Shown: positions 13,731 through 26,875 of the stretch, one piece after another
Position numbering within the stretch: the stretch's first letter is position 1
Layout of the letters: each line of letters begins with the position of its first letter
Source of the DNA: Ascidiella aspersa
Lineage: Eukaryota
Assembly: GCA_963924565.1 (NCBI GenBank)
Contig: OZ004614.1
Location: 7,130,001 to 7,194,000, forward strand
Direction of reading: 5' to 3'
Length of the DNA: 64,000 nt
Made by a program: the position numbers and the translations under genes
The notes under the pieces: generated by a model
Told to the model about the DNA's origin: nothing
Seen by the model: only the letters and a program-made list of their open reading frames with translations
The model's database searches: none

Positions 13731-14498
13731 CTTTAGTCATTTGTGCATCAAATTTTTGTTTTTTGTCGAGATACAAAATCGACCCAAAAGGGCGAAAAAA
13801 AAGTTTTGGAAAGATAAAATCTACAAAAGCATCGTTTAGGTTTAGGAAATGGAACCCGTCCCCTCTCTATTGAAAAAACCTAACATGTCGTTTCGAAAAA
13901 GACGGCATTTGATACCAATCAGCTGTGGCCCAGATTGCGGGGTATTGTACTTTTTAAAAGGGTTTCTGGTGATGAGTCATTTTTTCGAAACGTTGTTCAC
14001 TGGTTATTTTCTCGCTTATCTGCCATGACGCAATACAACTTTGCATCTCAGTTTTCACTTTAGTGCCTCGTTCGGAATTTGCGCAAATGGGAATCATTTT
14101 GTCGATTGAGCCTTCTTACTAAGGCAATAAGGCATGGCTTTTCGCTGAAATGTAGTGGTCCTTGAATATGAGCATATCCTGGAAATTGAAGTCCTTTCAT
14201 CAAAATAACAGCTAGGTAATAAAAAGTCGACCCTCTGTTTTCTTCAGCGTTATGTAATTTTAATCAATCTAGTTTGAGGTGTTTAATATTAATACCTGAT
14301 TCTGCAATAAGGTCTCGCAAAATTTTTCTAAAAATATCTAAAAAAAGTGATTTTTGTAGTTTTCGAGCGTGTGAAGTCACATATATTCATTTCACGTCTG
14401 TAATCTTTTCTTTAAAAAGTTTTTTAACAAAGCCACTTTTGTTGTCTTGTTATATAAATTTAAGACACCGCCTTAAAAATGACACTTTTTTTCCTCAG

Positions 14499-14631
14499 AT
14501 CATCAGGGACCGGGTATTCCCCGACCAGGCGCGCCCCTCCTTCGTGTGGAACACTTACCCAGGGGCAATATTCCACCTTCCCGACGCCCCTGGGTCCTAC
14601 GCCCAGCAACCCTTCTACTACGGATTACTAG
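14499..14631 (+). CDS. EXT1: EXT1-like exon (human exon 5 equivalent)
   Basis: cag|ATC...CTA G|gtgggt; 133 nt; IIRDRVFPDQARPSFVWNTYPGAIFHLPDAPGSYAQQPFYYGLL. Confidence 0.94.
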
Positions 14632-14658
14632 GTGGGTAAATCGACTGGTTATCGACGC

Positions 14659-15076
14659 CAGTGTTGTAAACAAGTCATTTTAAAATAGTCCAAGTCAAGT
14701 CATTTGTGAAATAACTCAACTGTAAGTAAAGTATTTTTGAAGAAATATCAAAAGTCATGTCCTAGTCCAGTCAGTATTAGAGAAAGTCAATTCCATGTCA
14801 AGTCCTTGTCATAAAATTAAACGTTAAACTATGAAAATTGATAAACTCTTGGGAGTATGAGCAATAACTCGGCTAAAAACTAACAAAAACACAATATATT
14901 GAAGCAAATTGTTTTATGTGCCAAAATTCAGTTGAATAACCCAATTTTTAATTCAAGTCAAAGTCATTTGACCAAAAAGCCTAATTTAAGTCAAGTTATC
15001 TTGCCCAAAATGCTTAGGACAAGCCATTTGAAAACAGTGACTTGAGTGTAGTTAAAAGTCAGCCATTACAACACTG
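14659..15076. mobile_element. 'caagtcaagt' MITE family member
   Basis: TIR cagtgttgtaa / ttacaacactg; degenerate 8-bp TSD atcgacgc / ctagacgc; internal caagt repeats. Confidence 0.78.
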
Positions 15077-17086
15077 CTAGACGCACCTCGTTTTCTAAAT
15101 GTTAAGATTGGTTCACACCAGGCGCGTTTTGTATGTGCCAGTTCAGTCGCTTGGCCCAGCGATAAACAGCAGTCATGAGTCGCAACCGCGTTGAACTTGT
15201 AAACACTCCTTTGGAATCGCAGAAAGATAAATAATCATAAGAAAGTGGGTAACACAGTATGAACGTTTCAAATTTTCGTGGGCATATTTAAAAACAATTT
15301 TTTTTATTTCAAACCGTTCACCAAGTGTTAGCTTCTGTCGATCTTTACTAGTTTTTTTTCGCACGAATGTTTTACCGCAACCTTCAATCATCGTTTTCCC
15401 AAACGTGTCAATTTCGCGAAATCGGTCTGCCACAGTCGCACGAAATGACGATCACGTCATACCCGAACGCGGTCTGCGGGCGTGACGTCATACCTTTGTG
15501 GCGGCGGGCCTCAAGGGGTGATGCCGGGCCTCAACGGCCATTCGGGGATTCTCTTATTGCCTTGGCGTAAGTAAACGTGTAAGCGAAAGGTCGACACTAG
15601 TATCTTGTTCGCTTAAGTAACTAAACAAAGCCCATCGTTGGTTATAGCTTGCTCCCAGCCCGCCAAGTATACGAGATCTCCAAGGACCGCCTTTGCGTTT
15701 ATTGTGCGGCTGTAATATCGACCTTTGCGGGCCGCCGAAGTTTTATTAGTTGGTCGGTAGATGTTTGCAAATGCAATATTAAAAACACTGGCTTGTGAAT
15801 GAGTTTGTTTTTTAAATCACTTTCGTGGCGGCACCTGCTCCCTAGTGGAGACAGGTTGTCGGGGAACTGGGCTCACACTGTGATGGATGCGTTCAGAAAT
15901 TGCGGGCCTCGTTCTTGGCCAATTGGAAGAACCCAGTCACATCCCGTGCCTTCTTTACTGTAGTTTTTTACCTTTAACTGCTAACAAGTTTTCGAAAGTT
16001 TGCTCTGCGCGACACACATGACCCAGTCAAATTTTACTGAAATGTCGAATTTGGAAAATTGATGAACTTGTAAACCCGAATAGGTGATCGAAACGTCGGT
16101 ACTTTATTAAATTTTGGCCGGAAGGACAATTTTACGAGTTAAACAACGCCTGGCAGCAACAGCAAATCTTAAAAAATTGATGTCGTAAAAGATGTAATAA
16201 CATTTCATTTAAGACAGTTTTTGTGCTCAAATTTTTTTAATTTTGATTACTAATAAAGCACGACAAGCACGTTTCCGTTTCTGTAATAGAATGTCTTCCA
16301 ATTGAAACTTTGTAAAAATTACAGCTGAAATAAATGTACAAGCAAAGCCGCCACGAAACCCCTTCAATTGTTGCTTTAAATTTTTGTTCAACCCTATTTT
16401 GCACCGTATTCACATTTTAGAAATTGACCCAACAGGGGGGACGTGGCGTCGTTTAACACAACGTGCTCGCAAAAATGTGCGCACATTTGATTATGCCTTT
16501 TAAAAATGTGCCCACTTTGTTTAGAATTAGAGTTAATACCTAGTTACGATTTTCGTGTGCGCACATTCCGGAAAAAAGTGCGCTAATTTTTGAAGGAACT
16601 TTTAAAGGCATTTTAAAATGTGCGCACTTTTTTGCACATTTTCACGAACACATTTTTGCGCACCTTGTGCAAAAAAAAACGTTCATATACCAGTCTCGTT
16701 TAACCAGCATGCCGGTGGGTCGCAATAATAAGCCTTAATTGCAACGCGCGTTTCCGTAAGCCGCTTAAAACCCAACGCAAGCTCGCGTAAGAACGCCAAC
16801 TTGGCGAACAGGGAGGCCTCATTAAAATGTCTAGCGAGAAGTATGTCAAACCACACGAATTTACACAACAGTGAAAGCTTGAATCCAACCGTAAGCTTTG
16901 CCAGGCAAAGGTTCACGACCCCGTGTGAAAGCAATCACGTTTTTGTTTTACCCTTTGGTTTTTGTGCCGATTTTGCAGTGTTTAGGTGAGTGATTTTTCA
17001 CCTATGGGTAATGACTCGCAAAAAGGGTAATTTCCTGAAGGCGATTTTGGCAGTGATATGCATTGCTAAATATGACCACCTAAAAG

Positions 17087-17563
17087 CAGACTTGGACAAC
17101 TAGATAATTCTAGTTTTCTAATTAATGAATTAGAGCAAAATGCGGCTAATTCTAATTCTAATCTAATTTGTGATTTGCTTGTGTGCTCTAATTTTAGTTC
17201 TAATCTAATTCGGATTTTACCAAAAATGCTACTTTGTCCAACGACGTTCTTGGTCTCTTAGTCAAAACAAAGAATTTGAATTGAAACTCTTTGGTTTGAA
17301 CTTAATTTTTACAGTCTGAAAAACATATGTTAATCTAAAAGACATCGAAATTAGCATAAATATATTCACCATTCACACTCTTACTAGAATACTTCTCGAT
17401 TTAAATGAAATTGTTTGTAAATAATCAAATGTTATTCTAGTTTAAATTCGATTTTTTTTAAAAATTCGGTAATTGTCACTCTAATCTAATTTGAGAAAAC
17501 TCGAAATGATCTAATTCTAATCTAATTTTAAAAAGCTAAAATAAATCTTATTGTCCAAGTCTG
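17087..17563. mobile_element. MITE with taattc/tctaat internal repeats
   Basis: 13-bp TIR cagacttggacaa; perfect 8-bp TSD cctaaaag. Confidence 0.85.
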
Positions 17564-17905
17564 CCTAAAAGCTAACAAAAGTTTAAGACAATGCTCAAAT
17601 TTTGTTGTTTACTTGAACTCAAAGTATTACGCCATTTTTGTGTTGTTTTAAATGATTGATTGTAGCTCATAAGTTATAGGAAGTTCTCTTTAGGGGTAAC
17701 GACGCATAAAAGGTTAAGAACCACTGCACTTCATACGCTTATGTTAGATAACGCAAAAAACGGCCGACTCGCCAAAGGGGAATTGACAGGTTATTTTCAG
17801 GGCCACGCTGTTTACACACCTCTATGTAACGGTTCCAACCACAGTTCAAGAAGTAAATGTATTTTATTTTTAAGCGGACAAACTCACCAATATTTGAGAA
17901 ATTTT

Positions 17906-18260
17906 GCTTGTAAATCAATTGCAAAGCTAAAAAGGTCAGGTAGATATAAGACGTTTTAATACTAGCTTGTATTATCTTCAGTTAATGTGACTGAGAAATA
18001 AATCAAGCTTTACTTATAAAAGGTGGACGCAAGTTTTATCATTTCGAGTTTATATAGTCGGATCTTTAATTAGCCTCTTCAAGGTGTTCAAAAGGTACAG
18101 CGGTGTTGATAAGGCGTCAAGGTTTAATAACTGAAGATAATACAAGCTTGTATCGAAACGTCTTAATCAAGATGATGTCGACCTACTCGAAATTTTTGGC
18201 TTTGTAATTCATGATCAAGCTACATTACATGTCCGTGCATAGTGCAACCAGGTATTATTT
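17906..18260. mobile_element. Inverted pair of family-A hammerhead units in an EXT1 intron
   Basis: + core CTGAAGA at 18131 followed by the same downstream sequence as 60555-60650; inverted copy 17906-17985. Confidence 0.65.
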
Positions 18261-18413
18261 TATCCTATAAATTGCCAGGTTCTTGATGTTGCACCATGTT
18301 TCTGTGTTGTTCAGGTATTTCTCTATAATGGCGCAATAACAGGTCCAACTCAACTGTATCCCGCTCGCTTTAACTGACTATAAGGCTTAAAAAACGCACA
18401 GAAAAAGCGTTGG

Positions 18414-18575
18414 TTTGGAGCATAATGGTTGGAGGTTGTAGTAAGACGTAACAGGAATATCAAAGCCCATACAGAAGTAGGTAGCATTTCAAACGTTTCG
18501 AATAACCCTTCGTTGTAAATGAAGAAAGAGTTTTTCAAAACGTTGAAAATGATACCTACTTCTATATGGGCTTTG
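18414..18575. repeat. Fold-back repeat family (copies at ~12500-12670, ~40230-40420, ~55185-55300)
   Basis: Internal inverted repeat aagcccatacagaagtaggtagcattt / aaatgatacctacttctatatgggctt; shared ttggagcataatggttggaggttgtagtaa segment. Confidence 0.6.
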
Positions 18576-21030
18576 AAAAGCGCTCCTGTAGAAGCGAATT
18601 TTGCCATTTCACAAATTCTCGCCTAAACCAACCTTGTTGTGTCTCCGACAACTCCACAGTTCCGGCCTACGCGCGCTCGCTCGCGGTCATCTATGTGCGC
18701 TCACAATGCCGCCATTGTGACGCGATTTCGAGCGCGAGAAGGTGTGTAACGCCTTTCCTGTTTGCTTTAGGGATGATTTTTCGCGCCCGTCGACCTTGGA
18801 TTGGCAAGGCGAGTAAGCGGAGGCTTGTTTAGCCTTGCCAGTTCATCGTTCGGTCGCCGACCACCCCCTTTGCTAATCCTTAAGCAAATAAACCGTCGTT
18901 TTGGTCGGCCTCGTTTTTTTTCTCGAAAAAGCCGCCGCCTAGACAAGGACCATCTGTTTCCGTTTTTTCTTTTTGTTTTCTTCGGGGAAAATCGATTTGC
19001 GCCGAAAAAAAACGCAAAGGGTTTGTCGGGTTAAACGAAATCGCATTTCAATCGCCACAGCGATCCATTTTAATCTGATTTCGTTTTAGTTTTTTATTCG
19101 AAAAAAAATCTTGACGAAGCCTATAGTTTTATGTGGACGCTATGACAGAGTGCTGCGTCCAAAAACCCAATGATAATAACTTTAATGCCAGGTGCGCTAA
19201 AACTTTGAGTTGGCCTCGCGATAGAGTATAACTAAGCCCTGTGGTGCCTAAGAAACGTTGAGGTAAGCAATAGACAAAAAAAAAGAAAGGTGGTCTATTT
19301 GTTCTTGAAATCCGTTTTAGTTATGGCAAAGAAAGTGATTGAAGTATTTTAAAAATAAAATTGCCGTAAGCACAATTGGATAAACTACTCACTACAATCT
19401 TTCAAATTATACGCGGTTCTTAACAGTGAAATATGATTTTTAATTTCATGCTGGGCAAATACGACCGTAAATATTGATATGCAGGTCAAACTTGACATAT
19501 TACAATAAAATGTTCATAATTTCAACCATAGACTTTTGATGGTTATAAGGTGGTTCTATAAAAGTAAGAAAAATCGCTTGGGGGCATAGAAACAAATAAT
19601 TTCGATAACCAATCCTGAAGTGCAAGTTCAAGCAAACTAAAATGCAAAGATGGAAAGGGCATGCTGTTGCGGCCAAAATAACCCTAACCTCCACTCATCC
19701 CCACACATTCGTCATCCCGCCTTACTGGTGATAACGAAACGCCCCGCAGCTCTGTCTTGTGTCTGTCTGGGCTCGCCATATGCCGTTATCTGCTTTCCCT
19801 TCCCTAATGCGCCTTTGCCTTGTCGCTTGGCTCAGCGGTGTACTTCCCCCACGCAAGCAGCCTGCCGTAATGTTAATAAATATGCTGTTGCTACCAGGCA
19901 TAGTACACTAAAAAGAAGCTCTTCCGGCACTTCGTTGTTTAATTCGACGTTTCGGCTATTACTGTACAACATGCCCTCATCAGGGAATGCAAAAACACCA
20001 CGCAAAGTTAAACAACAACAAAAAAAGGAGATAAAAATGTGACAACCAACAAACAAAATGAAAAAAAAAATGAGTTGTTATCTTTTAACACCCGTGTAAT
20101 ATGCAGCTGGAAATAAAATTACTGTCCTAATGTTGTCCGATATTTTTTTGAATCGCAGTTGTGTGGAAGTCGTTTTACATGCCCGTTTTGCTAAGTTATG
20201 TACCCAGCCCAACTGCAAGTTTTTGAAATTTTTCGTAACTGAAATTTCATGGCAGTTTTGTATCAATTGACTCCAGTTGTTTTGACATTTTTTCATTGAC
20301 CTAATCACAATTTATTTTATTTAGGTTCAACTTAAAACTAGGTAGTTGGCTCAACGCGAAAAAACGAAATGTTAATGCTAAAAATCGTGACTCTATATGT
20401 TAAACTGTCCATAAATAACCTCAGTTAAACACATTAGGTTCATGAATATATTAGTTTTTCCGTCGTGTTAGTTTCCCTAATTCACGGAGCCGAAAATTGC
20501 TATTCCACATTTTACCTAAAGTGGTGTTATATATTTTCATACCTTTTTTTGTCTGAAAATATGAAGCAAGTAGCCTTCGATATACACAAAATAAGTGGAA
20601 TTTTAAAGCGTTTCGAGTCCTGCTACCGGTACAAGTTCATTTTGCACCGTTCAGCAAAGCAGACAGGAAAAGTGGCTTGTATGAGGAAAGAGGAAGCAAC
20701 TAGTAACGGCGTTCTTTGTGAAGAATAGCAGGCGCGCCAATCGTCGCCCTGTAAGTGCTAATCCCTTTCCGTCTGCGCTTTCGCACTTAAACCTGTCCCT
20801 TGAACCCCACTCAAGATCTATGATAGATGAGTAAGCAGCGCTTATTGCCACTTCTGCTCGCCCGACTCGCCTAGATTTCTGCAAATGTGGAAATTGTGAA
20901 CAAAGGCCCTTGGTTTACGTGTCCGCTGAGAAAAAAATGGGTTCCTCTGTATTTTTTTGTTTCTTTTTTTACAGGGTGGCAATACTGAAATTAAATGTGA
21001 AAAAAGTTTGATGATAAGGTGCTTTTAAAC

Positions 21031-21488
21031 CAGGGGTTCCCAACCTTTTTAAGATCTCGTGCCACTTGGACGCTCTGTAGTGTCACGCGTACCACTTCTT
21101 GCAGAACAACTAACTTGACCGAATCTTATTTTTATGCATTTTAAGCTTACAACTAGCATCATTCAACGCTATTTGTAGCTTTTAAGCTATAAAACAGTAA
21201 ATTATATCTTCAAGAGCAATCATTTGACATAATTAACGCCCACTTGTCCAACAGCGCCATTCCACGCTTTTCAAATCAACTGTGCTCCTTGTTGACAACT
21301 GACATGGCCTGTATTTTGAAGATCGCATTGTTTCGAAACAATAGGAATAGTTACGTAACAATAAGAATGGGCTTCGGGGAATTTTTTTTTAGGTTAACAA
21401 AACCAAACAAACAAAATATAAAGTTGTGAATCCAGGGTTTTGTGCAAAAACCGGAGGCTACTCGCGTACCACAGGTTGGGAACCCCTG
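21031..21488. mobile_element. hAT MITE
   Basis: Perfect 16-bp TIR caggggttcccaacct; perfect TSD ttttaaac. Confidence 0.9.
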
Positions 21489-21820
21489 TTTTAAACGGTA
21501 CGTGCAGTTCGCCCATTTAAACGATCTGCTACAAAATAATATTGTCAGTTGTTGTGAAAACGTTTTTGTGATGAATAAAAAAGTCTTAAATATTTTAAAA
21601 AACGTACAAAATAAATATAAACCACCCTAATTATGACGCTATTTAGCATCTTTTTAAGCAGGTATGCTTTTTTTAATGTCAGTGTAATGCGCAACTTGTA
21701 ATCGTGCGATGCCCATAGGTCGACCAGCCCTTGTTTAAAGAAGCCTATTTTCATAATAGCACATACCCTGATGACGCTGACCGTTGTCGGACTTAGCACG
21801 ACGTTGTATTTTGTCCGCAG

Positions 21821-21939
21821 GCACAGAACCACCACGGAAATTCACGGCGGTCATCCAGGCCACTCAGCCAGTGACCAGCTCAGCCGCTCCACTGGTCAAG
21901 CTGGTCAAGACCCTCCTGCAAACGGTTGCGTGTGGACAG
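21821..21939 (+). CDS. EXT1: EXT1-like exon (human exon 6 equivalent, start of GT64 domain)
   Basis: cag|GC ACA...CAG|gtaaac; 119 nt; (G)TEPPRKFTAVIQATQPVTSSAAPLVKLVKTLLQTVACGQ (human PPSKFTAVIHAVTP). Confidence 0.93.
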
Positions 21940-24024
21940 GTAAACGATTTTCCATATTGGCTGTACTTCGCAAGATCTTGTTTGCTTTTACTATGTGCCT
22001 TAAGAGTGAAACCGATTTATTTAATTCCGGGTTAGCCAACACGTCGATCGCGATCGACCGGTCGGTCGACAAATTTTACCTGGTCGATCGCGTCGAATAT
22101 GTGTTACGTCATTACAGTAGCTGTCGCGCACAAGCGGAACATTAAAATGACCATTTGCTGTCTGGACAAGCCTAATACGCGTTCTTTGACGAAACAAATT
22201 AACCTTTATCGCTGGCTTGGAATGCAATTAACGCTCAAAATGTTGAATAAGTGTTCTTGTGACATTTTTCGACCGAACCAGTCGATCGCGAGTCTCTAGA
22301 AATATTTTAGTCCATTTCAATTTAACAAACACCTTTGTTGCAGCTCAGACCATTCAACCAGTGGTTTTCAAAGTGGCACATGCTCCCCAAACGGTTGGGC
22401 ATAGAAAAATTATAAAAAAAAATGGCGGGCATGTTGGTTTCTGTACTGGCACAGAGCAGAAACATATTTTTTGTAACATTTAGTAGTTATGTGTCCTAAT
22501 TGTTTTGAGGACAAAAGTAGGACCTGATTTCTGTGGAACCTGTGCTGTAAATTACCACCTAAATAAGCACTCGTATTTCTCTATTTAAACCTCCACAAGG
22601 CACAATCTGTGGCTGTTGCTAGTTGTATTAAAAAACAGGGAAAAGATGAATTATAGGTTGTATGGCGAACCTATTACGACATTTTAGGTTTCGGAAAAAA
22701 ATAGCCTTAACTTTAATTTTACCACACGTTTGCGTTTTAGTTTATTGACCAACTATTATCTACCCCGGCATAGAAACCAGCTTCTATTTTTCCCAGAGGT
22801 ACAAAACAACGTCACAAACGCAAAATAAAAAACTACGATGCAAAACAGGGTTGAACAAGTAAAAAAAAAACGATTAGCACATCGTTCCAACGAATAACAG
22901 ATCAGCCCGAAGCCTACAAAAGCGCTTGATTTAGGTCTCACGTGTCGTTTTTTTATTAGAGCTGAACTGAATGAAATGAAAAACCACAATGTTATATTTG
23001 CAAGGAACATACGCGACGTGTGTCGTAAAATTTAACTCCACAGTGGTGACAAGGGTTCTGTTGGTTGTCCAATATTGACGTTTCTTGGCTGACTTCCCTT
23101 CCCATGCGCCAGATCGACCTTCTGACGTCAACATTGCGGCGTCATTAAATTTCATGTCATTTTCTTTTTTCTGGTCCGACATGTTATATCAGACTGTTTA
23201 TTCATTACATTGGCAACAGCTACCAATCCATTTTTACTCCCTCTCGTTAGTTATTCCTGGCTGTTTTTCCTAATGTTAGAAATCTAGATCATATCTAATA
23301 AAAACACGTTACGTAAAGAATCAAGTCACTTTTAAATTTTTATTCAATATATGCTACAACATTACCCGAAAAAATATATTTAAAACTTTTTTAAATTGAT
23401 TTTTTCAGTTGTAAATCCAACGTAGATTGTGATTCTGTACATCAGACTTTTAAAGCGATTAAAACACAATGCAGATATAGCGGCGGTCTAAAGTCCTAAA
23501 CGAAGCGAATCCATTACAGTCACCGCCATATATTTTACCCTATAATTGTTTCAAGTACTTCGCCCAATACCACGTCACCTCACTTTGGCGGGAAACAGCT
23601 TGTCGCGGCTATGTAGGCCAATATTTGGGGAGTTGTGTAATTGTGGCGGTGTTGAGTGGATTATGGAAACCCTCGAGAGAGCTGAAGTATCTTGGTTAAA
23701 CATTATCCCTCATTCAGGCGAATTGCACGTGGCAGTGATGTACAGCGAATACCATCTCCCGCCGGGGTTGTTTCAATTTTGAAAACCTTTTTAATGTTTT
23801 ACGAAGTGGCTATGGGTAATAATAGCATACTATAGAGGCCTTCGGGAGGGCTTATCGAAACCAATCGGTCTTACAAGTCACTGAGGGTGTAGATCCTTAA
23901 TATAAATGTTGTATAACAAATGATTTAGTCGCCGTCAATTGAGAAACCTTAAGCTTTTGTGATTTATTACGTTGGTTCCCTAAGTAAAACCAAACTGATA
24001 AATGAAAGTTACTGTAATATTTGG

Positions 24025-24204
24025 TCAGCTTTTGCACAACCGTGCTTCATCAGGTCAAAGTATGACCTTCATCAGTAGAAACTTTGACCTGATGAAGCAC
24101 GGTTGTACGAAAGCTTGTCGAGAATCCAATACTATTTGTCTTTATATAGTGCCACCTGATTCCTCTATTTAGAATTAGACTAATACGGCCATATACAAAG
24201 ATTA
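24025..24204. mobile_element. Inverted hammerhead pair, family B, in an EXT1 intron
   Basis: + copy 24083-24122: tttgac CTGATGA A GCAC ggtt GTAC GAAA GC TT gtcgag; inverted copy 24025-24060; flanks taatatttgg (24015-24024) and taatattttgg (24205-24215). Confidence 0.7.
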
Positions 24205-25294
24205 TAATATTTTGGAAAATTATTTTTGAGCGGTTGTTTATGACATTTGTGCTGTAAAAAGAAAGCTGACAGTTTTTAACATTAGTAACACGATTTCAGA
24301 CCCAAAAAATCCCAATATAGTTGTGTATTTCGTTGTTTCCTTCAAGCTCGCAATTTTATTTGGTTTGTTATGAGAGCCCTACAAGCTTGCAGGACGAGTG
24401 AGAATCGGTCGATATAATCCTACCAGCCAGACCATAACATGACATGAGCGGTAACGGCGCCATTAGCGGGCCACAGTCGCCCTCAAGAATGCTCTTCCAA
24501 CTCGACCGTTCATACACAATACGCATGTTGGAAGTTTGGACGTGACTCTAGTGAACTTACCACAACCCACAACAACGACGCACCTTTTAAAAGTAAAACA
24601 CGCGATCTTTTTAAAACACAGATCGAAATAGGCCTTTGCAATACGCCCGCCATAGTTCACAGTCCGCGAATCGCAGCCGATACCCGATGCCAAGTTGTAG
24701 TGTCTGTACTCGTCCGATACCAAATTAACATTGGAATTTCAGCCTTGGTTTGCCAAGCTGCGGCTTTTATCTTGAAACACAAATTTATCCTAGGTTAACA
24801 ACTATAGAGGTAACTAACTTAATAACAGAAATTTTTGACATATTGAGTTGGAAAAAATTACCTTTAAAAGATTTTTTTTAGCCTATCAATGACGTCATTA
24901 GGTGTCGGATTAGATTTTATCGCAAAACTTTTTATTAGATTTTATCGCAAAACTTTTTTTTTTTAAGTATCGGACATCCCTAGCTCGCAGTATTTCTTTT
25001 CACCTTGCCATCCGTTTCTCAGGCCGCGCCGTAATTTTGCGAAGGCGTTGTCCAATAAAGCGGCCACGTAAAAGTGGCGCCAACAGCCGAGGAAAAGTTT
25101 GCCGCTCCAATAATGGACTTGCCGCTTCCCCGTTGACACGTTAACGACCATACGCTAGCTCTACGTGACCGCAACGGGTTCTATCGCACGTCGTCTTTGT
25201 CATAACACGCTTGCCCCGGCCTTAGCGACTTGTGGGCGTTTGCTCGTAAAATTTTCGCCTTTGTTTATTTTTAGCTTTATTTCAAAAATTTTTT

Positions 25295-25570
25295 TCACCA
25301 GTGAAAACGCGCCAAGCGGCAAAACCGAACCGCCCAGGAATGCCCTTTTCAACTTTTTTTTTTGGGGGGGGGGTGGGGGGGGGGGGTTTGTTTGTGCCCC
25401 TGGACGACTGAATTTTTATCCGTTATTTGAGTCTTTTCTCCAACTTGTGTTTTTTATTTTTCACTTGTGAAAACGCGCCAACGGCAAAACTGAACCGCCC
25501 AGGAATGTCCTTTTTAACGTTTTTTTTTTGGGGGGGGGGGGGGTTAATTGTTTGTGTCCCTGGCTGACTA
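25295..25570 (+). repeat. ~167-bp tandem duplication with T-run/G-run
   Basis: gtgaaaacgcgccaa...aaccgcccaggaatg at 25301 and 25468. Confidence 0.85.
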
Positions 25571-26218
25571 TATGTCACCTGTTTGTTGAATTTTTTTCTT
25601 TTTTTGTGTTTTGAATTGATCTTGCTATTTTCCAACTTTACCATTTAATTAGTCTCTATTTGAATATGCCGTGTATTGTATATTGTATTGATCAGAATAG
25701 TACAGCTAATAAGTCTAAGTGGTCTGAGACTAAATTACCAAAGAATCGCATATCGCAGCAAAATATACATATTCGCGTTACACCGCGATTTGGAAACCTT
25801 TCCAATGGGTCTTGGAATTTAGCTCCAACGGATCGGCCTCTAAACAATCGCCTTTGTTGAGATTCGAACTCACGAACTTAGATTTGCTTAGCTTGCTGTC
25901 GCATCCATAAAGTAGCCCGATTCGGGTTATTCGTCCCAAAGCCGCCCGACGTACAAAAATACAGCAAAACCCCGAAAAAGTGATGTGTAGCCCAGAAAAT
26001 GTTAATAAAACCAATAATTATAATTAACCCCTAGAATAATTGTAGGCTTATTGTAAGTGTAATAAAGCCCCTGGAAAGTTTAACCCATCCATTCTCAAAC
26101 AATAGGTTAGTAAACCATCAATAAAAATTTAAATTTCAAATTAATAACGTAAAATCATAAAAAGCTTATAAAAAAGAACGATAAAACGTGGTAAAATTAT
26201 GAACAAAAGCCTATAAAC

Positions 26219-26631
26219 CAGGGCTTTGGAGCAGACGTAATAAATGTTGAATTGCTCTGGCTCATGCTCCGGAGCTCTCTTTTATCATAGGTTAGCTCCA
26301 GCTTCAGCTCCGGAGCTTAATGATACCACTGCTCCGGCTCCATGGTTTAAGGATGAACGATTAATTTGCAATATCTAGCGTTTCAAAATAATCACAAACA
26401 AAACACCACAATGGTTAGTTAGAAAAAGTGACGCCAAAAAGGCAACAATTCTTAATTTTGTGAAGGGTTGCGAATTCAGCCATTAGTAATAGCATAGCAT
26501 CTTATAAAATACATCGGAGCCGGAGCTATTTTTTTAAACAACTGGCTCCAGCTACATTTGAATTTAACGTTGAGCTCCGGCTCCAGCTCCGTTAAAAATG
26601 CACGGCTCCGGGGCTCAGGCAAAAAGCCCTG
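26219..26631. mobile_element. hAT-like MITE with ggctcc/ggagc subterminal repeats
   Basis: TIR cagggcttt / aaagccctg; TSD ctataaac / ctgtaaac. Confidence 0.8.
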
Positions 26632-26674
26632 CTGTAAACCCAAAAATCTTAACGAGGCCTCATTTCTCGCGCAG

Positions 26675-26875
26675 ATCGTGATCCTGTGGCACTGCGGAGG
26701 CCCCCCTCCCCCAGACACGAGGTGGCGCAACTTGGCCATGCAGAGGGAGTCGATTCCAATCGTTGTGATTGACGACAAGCCCAAGCTGATGGGCAGGCGG
26801 TTCTTCCCCTTCAGTGAGATTCGACACGAGGTGGTGCTGAGCTTGGACGACGATACGACGCTTAACATACAGGAG
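26675..26875 (+). CDS. EXT1: EXT1-like exon (human exons 7+8 fused; contains DxD motif)
   Basis: cag|ATC...GAG|gttagt; 201 nt; IVILWHCGGPPPPDTRWRNLAMQRESIPIVVIDDKPKLMGRRFFPFSEIRHEVVLSLDDDTTLNIQE. Confidence 0.94.

Noticed and set aside
16070-16105. Hammerhead-like gatcgaaacgtcggt
   Set aside because: The GAAACGUC half is present but there is no intact CUGANGA box or stem II
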